Source: Klebsormidium nitens
Taxonomy: Eukaryota > Plantae > Klebsormidiophyceae
Direction of reading: 5' to 3'
Assembly: GCA_000708835.1 (NCBI GenBank)
Contig: DF237060.1
Location: 1 to 64,000, forward strand
DNA: 64,000 nucleotides
Of the stretch, positions 10,401 through 20,848 are shown one piece after another; the first letter of the stretch is position 1, and every line of letters starts with the position of its first letter. The position numbers and the translations under genes are program-made. The notes beneath the pieces are model-generated. The model had not been told where the DNA came from and searched no databases. It was given only the letters and a program-made list of their open reading frames with translations.

Positions 10401-11833
10401 TTTCTAATCGATCTTCAAACCCAGTTTTCCTCTGGCCTCGCACCACTGATAAGCATTTCTCCTTGCAGATTGCCACTTTGTTTTGGGTGGCTTGGAGGGC
10501 CGAGAGGTTTTCTACTTCTCCGCTTTGCCATTTTGATTCCTGGCCTTTCCTTGTCTCTCTACCCCACTCGATGCACACTCCTGATCACCGCCCGCGCAAA
10601 CGAGAAACACACTCTTCTTCACCACCCGCTCAGACGAGAATCGTAAGGCTTTCCTCTGGAAAACCGCTTCTTTTGGCGCTTCAACAGATCGGAGGGACGG
10701 TGGCCTTAGACGCTCTGTTCGGAGGCCCTGTGAGCGGCGCCTCTATGAATCCGGCCAGGTCGTTTGGCCCGGCTCTTGTAGCGCTGGTGAGAAAACAGGG
10801 CCCTCTGCTTTACACATAAATCCGGCCATATGTCAAAACCGTCCGGTCAATCTACTACCGGACCGTTCAGATTCTTTCGGCTTGCTTGGTAGGAGACATG
10901 GAGCACTTGAGACACGTGAGAAAAATTGCAGTTAACCAAAGCTTGGTCAATTTCAGGTTAAGTGGTTTTTACCGTCGAAAACCATACTTGAAGGGCAGGC
11001 AACGAAGTTGATTAGGAACAGAAGTTTCCTGTGAGATGGTCCTCTACGTTTTGGCGTTGCCGGGAAAGCAAGAACACAGAAGTTGGCAAGCGAGTCTGGC
11101 TGGGTTGCAAATAGCTGGCAATTGAGGAGTGCTGATTGGTTAAGAGCTTCCAAAGTTCGATGTTGACTGGGTGTTGCATCTTCCGGGTGCAAGTCGCCAG
11201 GTTCATCTACGTAATTAGCACTGTTGGGAGTCGTTGTGAGATTAAAGTCTTTGCTTGGCAGCCCTCTAGCTCGCATTACACAAATTATTTGCTCTTAACC
11301 ATCTTTGCTTGAGAGCTCCTTAACCAGCGTTTCTATGGTAGAAGACCAGTTAACCAGAGGTTGACCAAGGTTGGTTTATTGCAAAGTGTCCCTGCGATCC
11401 GTTTCATTTGCTCGTCCGAAGGTCACCTGAATAGAACAGTAGCAATCAGCATTCGATTCCTTGTTTGTTTCCTGTCGTCTACGATCATCGTATAGTTGCA
11501 AATAACCGAAAAACGCCGAGCACTTTCCTTGGTCTGCGGGTCGGCATTATTTCTACGATTTCAACTTCCTTGAGGAATATCCGTCTGACGCTTGACGCAC
11601 CATGTGCAACCATAGGTCGTTCGGCTCCATTTGTCGAGCTCTCGCTTGTTCACTTCACTTATGACAACTCCATTATTTCTCAAACCCGGTTTCTCTTTCA
11701 ACCAGGAGTTCCGTGGCCTGTGGGTGTATTTGTGGGCCCGGCGGTGGGCGCAGTGTCCGCCATTTTTGTATACGGTTTTGTGCACCCAAAGGGAATGGAG
11801 GTGGCCAAAGGAGGGCACGGGTGTTGCGAGTGA
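7433..11833 (+). pseudogene. NIP: NIP (nodulin-26-like, AqpN-type) aquaglyceroporin, frame-disrupted in this assembly; exons 7433-7642, 8562-8661, 9421-9639, 10688-10786, 11706-11833
   Basis: Motifs seen: QKLVAEMVGTFAIVFAG-CGAVVVN, GAHLNPAVTLAFA, VPFYWTAQ, LEIVLTFFLMFVIAAVATDTRAVG, GGPVSGASMNPARSFGPALV and LWVY(F)VGP. There are frameshifts at about 7591-7594 and 11729-11731, and TM2 is missing at about 8594. Family identity is secure; pseudogene versus assembly error is not. Confidence 0.85.
8790..8845 (+). repeat. Short dispersed repeat (gctccgcacccgcacccac...ctaaccc(c/t)acccgtccc)
   Basis: Near-identical copy at about 61510-61560 and a weaker inverted copy at about 15070-15115. Confidence 0.55.
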
Positions 11834-13014
11834 AGAACCTCTCCACATGCAATGGAGCAAATGAGCTGGTTTTGTTCCACATATGTCGATCTATGAAGCG
11901 CTGTATAGATGTTGAGATTGATTATTCGAGAGAATGCGCAAACTGTCAGCACCTTGCTGTCAATCGCTATCTTGCGGAAAAGTCAAATTGGGTTTGGGTC
12001 AAGATAAGACGACAAGGTTAGATAGTGTGAAAGGGACGCGGGAGTTAGGATCGTTGCTGCTTGGCAGTGGGCCCCAGTCTAAGTAACATCGCCTCACACG
12101 GTTTATAACCATTTACATCTCTTTCTGGACGTCATCACCATTGACGAGATTCTTGGTAACTTTTATCAATGAGCATTCAAGTTCAAAGCGGCTTGCTGAG
12201 TCAAGTTCCAATACAAGGTACAATCTCTTTGCGAATGGTATGCTGCAGACAAGTTTATACATGCATGGTGCTAAGATAGCTAGTCGGCAAACTGCATATC
12301 ATACATGCATGGCATGGCCGCCGGACTATACTTAATTTGCTTCCATTGGTGCATGTTGCAACACCTTGCACTTGGGTGCACGTTGAGCCACATGGGGACT
12401 CGAGTTCAACTTGTGTCACGGTGGGGCCTGTCATTATGCCAGGTCTGATATAATCTCTCATTTTAGTAAAGCTGGCGCATTAAACTTGCATACGGTTGCC
12501 ATTAGATTGATGGAACATCGCGCCGCGGCCATGCAGGCAATTCCGCGCGTGTGAATATAAACTTGACGTACCTCCTGCGGCTGAGGCCTCGAAGGGGGAC
12601 TCACCGTCATCTACTATACCGGGAATGTTGAACATGCTGGCACAATTGCAACCAGATGCATGTACGTTGACCTTTTATGTACTGATTCCAAACAAATTCG
12701 GAGGGGTTGTGTTGTTTTAGGTGGCCTCGATCGGTTATGCAGGGGGCTCAGGCTCCACGTCGACTGAGGACCGTGCCAGCGGAGGAACGCCTTATGTCAA
12801 AGTCAATGCTTAAAATCCCAACATCCCAATGAAAAGAAACAATAGGACTACACCTTATACGTGTCTGAGAGTGCGCAGCAAAGAAGCATTCAATGACCAC
12901 CACCTACTGCCTCTCATGATAATTGAAAAATCACTAGATTATGCTACAGAATATCAGCTCCATCAAAATAGCAATTGTCCCTATCTTACAAAGCACTTAG
13001 CATTAATCGAGTGC

Positions 13015-16000
13015 CTACACGCGGCCAATTGCCTCCTGCAACGAAACTGCTCGCGGGCACACATGAAGCTTCTTGCAAATCAGCCTAGGGTCCATTACCG
13101 CGTCAAGACTCTGGAAGATGACAGGAGCGTACTCTGCAATCGACTCGGTGCACTGCAAGGGGAGACTTACAGAGTCAGCATGTATGCAGTGGACACCTAT
13201 TGGCATTGACAAGCTGAAAAAGCAAGCTAGTTGAGACCTCGTCTGCCACTTTCGCCAACATACCGTTGAAGGCCTCAGTTGCACCAGGGCAAGCGGAGTG
13301 CACCAACTCAAACGAGGGTGACAACAAGGCTCTGAGAAGATGCTGATACAGGTGTTGGAATTTCAAGAAGGGTGACGCGGTCCATTTCGGACGATTTTAG
13401 ATTCGGACGCGCAGATTCAATTTCAAATTCAAAAGATCTGATCACGTATATGGCTGTGCGAGCGCCTGTGAATCATGTGTCGCGCGCCCGTGCTACTCTC
13501 AATGCGACATCGAAAAGCCACGCTCGGAGGGCTGCAGACCTACTTATGAAAGTACAAAATCGGATCTCAAGTCAGAAACCAGGTTCGTCATGATTGAGCG
13601 CACCAGTCTTCCAAACATCCAGAATACCGGGCCTTTTTCGTCTTTGATGAGCAAAAATTTGGAAATCAGCAGCAATGGAGTGATTCGCACCTGCGCAGCC
13701 AGGTTGGGCATGCGGTTGCAGGTCTCCTCCAGGAACTGAATCACCTTCGCCTGCACATAGTCAACGACGAGGTTAAGCACGTGACTGTCTTCGTTGCCCG
13801 TCCTTTTGGGTCGAAAAACTGAATTGAGAAGCGTTCAGCGAGGAGATACCCGCTGACAACGGGCCAGTGTACTGGAATACTCAAATGGGTCCAGAACGGG
13901 TCTGAACGGGCGCTTAACAAACTGAGCAAACGCTCCCTATGTCCAGAGCAGGTCCCGGCTGAATCTTTACACTTCTGACAAATCCTGGATAGGTGTTTTT
14001 GGACCTAATTCCGCACCACAAGCTCCCTATCAACGTCTGAAATTTTTAACCGGCCTTAAGATCCAACATTTTCAAAAATGTTCGACGGCACCTTGATGAC
14101 AATCCAGATCACCAAGCGCCAATCGCACCTCTCAGCAAACCACATCTAAGAACCCACCTCAAGTCACATCACGCCTCCTCAACTGGAGCTTAAACTGCTC
14201 CAACGTGAGGGTTCCAGCAACACAAGAGAATACTCAAGTAGGAGCATTCCCATAACGTTCTCAAGAAAGCAATAGCACTCCAACGCCCCACTAACGCTCG
14301 CTCAAAGGAAACGTTTGCGAGAAAACCTCGAAAGAAGTTCGAGGAATCACAAGCACCCGAAAGCTGCATCAAACTTTCACCTGCCTCTCAGGCTGCTCCA
14401 ATTGAACGTGGCCTCAGCAAAACTTGCGGGGATTCGAAGGAGAACTATTTCCAGGACTGACATTCGAAACGACAAGCACCCGAAAGCCTCGGCTGACTCT
14501 GACCTGCGTCTCGGGCTGCTCCAGCGTAAACCACCACTGCACAACGGTCAGCAACATACAGAAAGGAACCAAAGCCGAATGATTCCGAGAACAATCTCGA
14601 CGGCACGAAATAAAGCGGTAACACCCAGCTAAGACAAGCACCCAGATGCTGCACCGATTTCTAACCTGTGTCTCGGGTTGCTCCAGCTTAAATCTGACCT
14701 CCAGTACCGGCCCCAACAACACTCAGCACAACCCAAAGCAAACAAAAACGAATAAAAGCGTCCAAATCTCCGAACAGATTCAAAAACGACAACTACCGGA
14801 TGCCCTGCTAAGACTCACCTGCGTCTCGGGCTGCTCCAGCTTGAACCTGAGCTCGAGCACCAGGAAATGGCACATGAGGCACTCGTCCTTGTTCGCAACG
14901 GGACCGCCCAGCTCGAAGGGGCAGAACGACAAGATGTGGCACAGCTCCGCGGGGGTGATTGTCTGCATGACCGCCAACAGCTGCGGCACGTACTCGTCGA
15001 CGGCGGTGTCGCACTGGGGGAAAAATGGAGGGAAGAGGGTTTGAAAGCGAGTTTTACTGATAAGGAGGTGGACGGGTGGGGTTAGCATGGGGTTAACGTG
15101 GATTAGGGTGCGGGGCAAGTCATGTTATCTCTGAGAACCTCCTCGACAGTAGATCCATGAAAGATCCATTCTCCATGGTCACGCGTGTTGGGCCGCTGTT
15201 ACAAGGCAAAAGGGCTGTGACGCACTACCTGGTTCAGAGAGTTTGCATGCCCAAAAGTCATCCAGTATAACCGGTCTGTCTCCGCCCTTTCTCTCTCTCT
15301 CCGCACTTTCAACATTGAAGTTAGCCGAGCAAGGTGCAGATGACCGCTTTTGAACCTCATCGCTGGTTACATCTCACTTGCAAAACGTGGTTTTTCCAAA
15401 CTGTTCGAGACAATACGCCCCCCCTCAGTATACGGCAAAAAACACCTTGCCACAAATGATCTTGTGGCAAGTCAAGTGCAGCTCACCCAAGGCTATTATG
15501 CAATCACAGGTTGTGAAACAACCATTCTATCTCAAACCCTGTCGATCGAGGCAACACCAAGCAAGCAACGAAAACAAGGCAGAGACTGGTGGACTGTGTG
15601 GACTCACCTGCGCCCTAAGTTCCGGCTTCTTCACATGCAAGCAGGCCGTATGTGCGACCGTCATAATCTGGACCTGAGTCTGCAAAGGGACCGGAATGAC
15701 GTCAGGATGTCTCTAGTACAAAGAGGCACTTTTACCAACTGAAACGGATGCACGGCCGTCCTCTTATACATAGGTCGGTTCACATATGCCTCAAAAAAAT
15801 AACTCGTATGCACTGGGCGCAGTGCTGTAGATGAGCGGCACACACAATACGAGGATGGTGGAGCGAATGACGAACAACACTGCATGCTCGAGAACGAAGC
15901 TTGCAGCCTCAATTTGGCAAATCTTTGTTGTAGACCCCACTTTTGAAGCCCAGACAGCCCCAGAAATCAACATACCTCCCACAAAAACAGCGACAACAAG

Positions 16001-17669
16001 AACATATGTATGCAGATAGGCATCCCCTATCACCCTGCTGTGTTGAGCGAAGACATATATTTATTGCGAATTTTCTCCAATCAGGGAGAGAGAGGCCAAA
16101 CGGACCTGGTTCGAGGCGAGGTATGCGATGAGCGAGGTGGCGGCGTATTGGCACAGCTGGCACTCCTCCTTGCCCGCCAGCACGTGCTTGGCAAGCGCAA
16201 AGAGGGGGGGCACCGGGCATACAGCGCCGCAGACTTTAGCGGGGGTGATCTCTGTGGCCATGATCTGGAAGAGCGCGGGAATGTACTCCTCCACTAGTTC
16301 GCGGCACTGTAGACAAGGATGAAAAGATGAAGCAACAGTTGCCGGAAGCCATGACTCTGGGATTGTTGAGCGCCTTCTTGACAGGGCCTTTCAGAGAGGC
16401 CTTTTTTCCGAGAGAGAAGACAAATATGACTTAGGTAATGAAACGGCAGGAACGAATATAAGGCAGTGCCAGTGGATCCCAGGGCAGTGCTCCTTGAGTA
16501 GAAGCAGCTTGGCATGGAAAGAGATATGGACGCTAGGTGCACTTAATCCAAGCAATTGGAGGCACCCACAAGGTGACACTCGGACGTCAAATGAAAGCTG
16601 CGGTGGCTGAAACAGCATCCAAAACTTCTGATAATATCATTCAAAAACCTGACGGGCAACGTCTCAACTGAAACCAAGACTTTGATGCAACCTACACAAG
16701 GACTTATGAATATCAAAACGTGTCCGATCAAAGCCAGCGTGGACCCACAACAAATCCAGGACACCCATCAACCTGTCACCTTACTGGTAAGCGAAAGATA
16801 TTGCTTACCTTGGACACGAGCTGGGGATCGACGAGCTTGAGGCAGAGCTGACTTTCAGCAAGCGACACCACAGCGTTGATGTTGTCGGGGTCTGTCAGAA
16901 CCACCTGAGCCTCCAGGATCAGCGTCTCACACGCCTCGCAGAGCTCAGTGCCCTCTAGGGGCGCTGATTGGATGGTCGCAGGGCGGAATCCTGCAGATTC
17001 AAACAGGATAAGGCAATCAGGTGACAGAAGCGCGGCATATCAGGAGCGCTTTGGTATCGTAGGCTCTTGCAACAGTTTCTTAAAGAGTTTGACAAGCGAG
17101 AGTTGGAAAATTGGCGCAGACTGATTCGAGCCGACTGACCATGACAACCACACGGGCAAAAAAATCTACTTGATCGACTCAAAGTTGAGCCGTAAAAGGA
17201 CGCCTAAGATGAATGCTTTGGAATCGATCAGGCTTCAAACCACGATGGTTGTTTCAATCAGTTCCCCACCGAAATACGTGTGGGGCACTCCCATAGCTGC
17301 TGTCGATACTATTGACACCAAGGCCCTTCACAGATTCGGCACAACAGGAAAAGGGGCCAATCTAGAGGAGACTACATCAATTTTCTAACTTCAAGATGAT
17401 TTATCTAATTGCAAACAGATTCAAAAAGGTGGTTCCTAATTGTGGTCGTCAGCTGCCACAAGGTGCTCCAATGACTGCCCTTTTGCCCTCAGCAGCCAGA
17501 AATCACGACCTTCAAGACCGCACCCCTAGAGACGGAACATTGCACAACTTGCAGACCATAGTTGAGATTACTCACCTGGTCCAACCATGTGCCTGCCCTC
17601 AGCAACTCCGCCCAACAAGACGATGCAGGTAAGAGCCAAGGCCATAAGGAGGCCAATCTTTGCAGCCAT
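13015..17669 (-). CDS. Secreted prosaposin-like protein with three saposin-B domains; exons 17669-17576, 16990-16809, 16306-16106, 15679-15608, 15013-14819, 13750-13691, 13152-13015
   Basis: Signal peptide MAAKIGLLMALALTCIVLLGGVAEG, then three units of CxxC ... C ... C-x-x-x-V/I-x-x-Y-x-P ... C ... C (CEACE, CQLCQ, CLMCH). GT-AG junctions are in phase. Confidence 0.85.
14350..14714 (-). repeat. Degenerate tandem copies of the saposin exon-5 3' end plus donor site inside the following intron
   Basis: ctg(c/t)gtctcggg(c/t)tgctccag-like copies at about 14376-14413, 14499-14532 and 14661-14714, versus the true exon end at 14819. Confidence 0.8.
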
Positions 17670-18211
17670 CCTGATGCAGATATGTACGGAGCTGACGATG
17701 TTTCCTTCCCTCTCCCTTCTTGGAGGTGGTAAAAGCCTACCGGTATTAGGCGCAAGCAAAAGCAGAAGCAAATGTCAAGAACAGCGCTGCACAACGGAGG
17801 AGCTCAGCTGGTTTTGACAACGGAACTGACACTCAGAAACATCTCGTGCTTAAGGACGGAGTATCCCATTCCACTTGTGTCAATCCAGCCCGGGTGGCAG
17901 CAGGAGAAGCTTGAAAGTTTTGCCGTGCAAAGCGCACCACCTTCACTGGCTTCAAGTTCAGTCACCTTCACTGTCTGTGTCACAAAGTGGAACGCACGCG
18001 CACAGCAGTGCATGGCCGTCTCTCTTCTGTCGCAAGTAGGTATTGAACATTCTCACAACATTGCATGAGAAGCTGCTATTTCATCCAGACGTGCTGTTCT
18101 GGCATTAAAATCTCTGCTTTCTGGAGGTGCAAGCATTGCTTGTGCTCACCGCCTGTAGTGCCACCTTCTGGGCATGGTTGCGGATGCGTAAACGCCTTTC
18201 CTGACGGCAAC

Positions 18212-20082
18212 ATGGCGGCATCTGGTGCCTGCCTCTTGAGAAGTTCAACGCTGCAAGGGCTGAGCAGCTGCAGATACAAACGTGTAAGCCCTCATGGTTC
18301 AGCCAACCCACAGCAGAGTCTTTTCCACATAGAGCGATTGAATAGCCTTCCTTACACCAAGTGCCAGGGACTCATATCAAAGCGATGGGGAGTGGATACA
18401 ACTTCGTTTGGCAAGGAGCAGCTGCGGTTGAGGAGGGGGGGCCGCAGTGTAGTGGGGTGTCGAGCAGCTGCTGATGTGGAATATGCTCCCTCTGAGGTAT
18501 GCGCACAATTCTGTTTCTCATAGCTTGAAGTCTGTCATCCCTGACGGAGTTTGTGCTGTCTTTCTCATGCTGTCCGATTGTATGTAACTTTTGCGATGCC
18601 ACAAGGCGCGGGCCACAGTCTCGTCAGGCTTTCAAACATGAAGGGGCTTTGTAACGGCACAGCATTCAAGCTCCAACAAGTGAAGTGGCAGAGTCACCTG
18701 CTGCTCCGCTGGTTCCTGGAGAAAATGACCAGGCTCTTGGTGTTGCAATCTGTGGCGGTACTACTCAACCTGTTGACACACAGAAAGGCGTGGACACTCT
18801 GGGTCCCATATCGCTTACACGAAGAGCATCCGTTTGGCTTTCTCGGCCAGCGCGCGATGGTGTTTGGTGGTTGATTGCAAGCTTTACTGAGAAAAGAGTC
18901 AATGCTTGCAAACAAAATATCTACTTACCCGTTCTGGATTTTGTGACGCGGGGTGCCTTATGAATACTGGATCCCTGTATCATTAGTGCCACCATTTGTC
19001 ACCCTCTATCGACCACTGAACAGGATAAAAATATTCACGTTTGGAGACAAGCCCCCATATTGATAAGCTGATTGGTGTCAAAGCCAACGTGTACCATAGA
19101 CGCACGGAAGACTGCGAGCGCCTCAGGCTGGTTTTGAGATGGAGCCAGCAATTCTCACAGTCGCTAGTCCGCGCTGACTTGATTCTGAAAATAGTGGTAT
19201 GTGCCGAGCTGATTCACATTCTCTCTGTCCTCACAGGAGCGGGCCCGAATTGCGCCATGCGAACAGGCCCCAACCCGTGAGGACCTCGTGAGCGGAAACT
19301 GGCTGGACAAAGCAGACCAGCAGGGGATGCTAGTCGCGGAACGGTTGGCGCTTGGGGCGCAAGACATCGAGGACGAGCTTCTCGCGCCGGAGCGGCTCAC
19401 AGAAGACGAGATCGCGGAGTTCCACGAGGATCCGAACGTGGCGCTCATTCTGAACCCGGGGGGCGACCTGGTTGGGACGTACATAGGTTCGGAGCAAGCA
19501 GTTGCGTGGGTGAAGAGCCTCGACTCCGAGGCAGCGGTCACGTGGTTTTGGAACCGCTTAGAGGAGGACAACTACCGGCGGTTCATGGCGAAAGGGGGGG
19601 ACTGGTGGAGGGGCGACGAGTGGGAAGAGAGACCCCCCCATTGGTACGAGTACCGGCGGAAGGATGGGAAGAGGGTGGTGTGGGGGCAAAAGAGACGGAT
19701 AGAATCCCATTCAGTCGAAGAGTTTACCACGGATACACTGGAGCGAGTGGCACGATTTCTGGTGTTCCACGAAGAGGGGAAGGGATCGCTCGCGAGCCAA
19801 CCGGAGGGCTCGGTGGGGCGGTATTTGCGGGACCGGATACTGGAGAGCAAGGCGTGTTGGCTCGTGGATGGGACGATAAGCCCGCCCGTGTCCGAACTAG
19901 AGGCGGGGGATGAAAAATGGCCTGAGTACATGCAGCGGAAGTGGAAGGAGTTCAAGGAGGGATTCATGGAGAACAAGTATGATGCGTGGAGGCAGGGGGT
20001 TGCGATTGATGATAGGATCGGGCAGCAGTACTATGTGCCAAAGAAGTTTGGCTGGAAGGGGCCGGTGCACAGGACCATGTAA
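18212..20082 (+). CDS. Unknown protein with a probable plastid transit peptide; exons 18212-18496 and 19237-20082 (a middle exon is possible)
   Basis: Ser/Arg-rich N-terminus MAASGACLLRSS...GCRAAA with donor gag|gtatgc at 18497. The acceptor tcacag at 19236 opens a long, intact, Trp/Glu-rich ORF. No domain recognised. Confidence 0.65.
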
Positions 20083-20848
20083 TTGTTTTTATATAAGATG
20101 CCAAGCGGAAGCAGGGACAGCAGGACCTGCTTAATATCGATAACACCAATCCTTGTAATGGTAGGTGAAGAGTGGTTGCGGTCTCCTTTAATCCGCCCGC
20201 CTGCTTGAGTCTGCACACGGGCTGGAATTGGATCAGCGTTTGCCATCTCGTGCAGATTGTCATGCTTTGCACCAAGGCTGAGCTCGATCCAATGATGAAC
20301 GCATAAGTCTACTTCGATCAAATTCAGAATTATTAAAGCGGCCACGCCAAAGAACAGCAATGTGATGCATCATACAACTGGTGGCAAGCTGCAGCTCAAC
20401 GTATGCTGCTCGATGATACACACGCTTAGCATATACGCGCAGATTCATGCAAATGCAAACTGTTTGAGTAGTGTAAACATTTATAAGCATGTGCAACAAG
20501 CCTTGAGTCGCCATGCAGACCTACAATTCAGAATCATGAGAGCTCAACACTGCCAGCAATGGTCATTATCAGTGTTGATTACACAGAGGAGTCATGATCG
20601 AATGCACTTGCGGATATGATATATACGTGCTTCTTAAGTGACCTCCAGCGTAAGCCATGTATGGTTACCATGCAAGGGGTAAGCGCGAGTGCTTCCATGA
20701 TCGTGAATGGTACAAGTTTGGAGCCATGGCATTTGACCTTGATTATTTCGGAAGCTGCCCGAAGGGCCAAGTCTTGCAACTGCGACCCAATCGCGGCTGA
20801 CAAAAAAACGTGGACCGACAGCAACCGACTCCAACCTTTCTTCCGCGT

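Noticed and set aside
554-11833. Bacterial contamination as the source of arsC/arsH/aquaporin
   Set aside because: All three genes have multiple in-phase GT-AG introns and are contiguous with typical plant-type genes.
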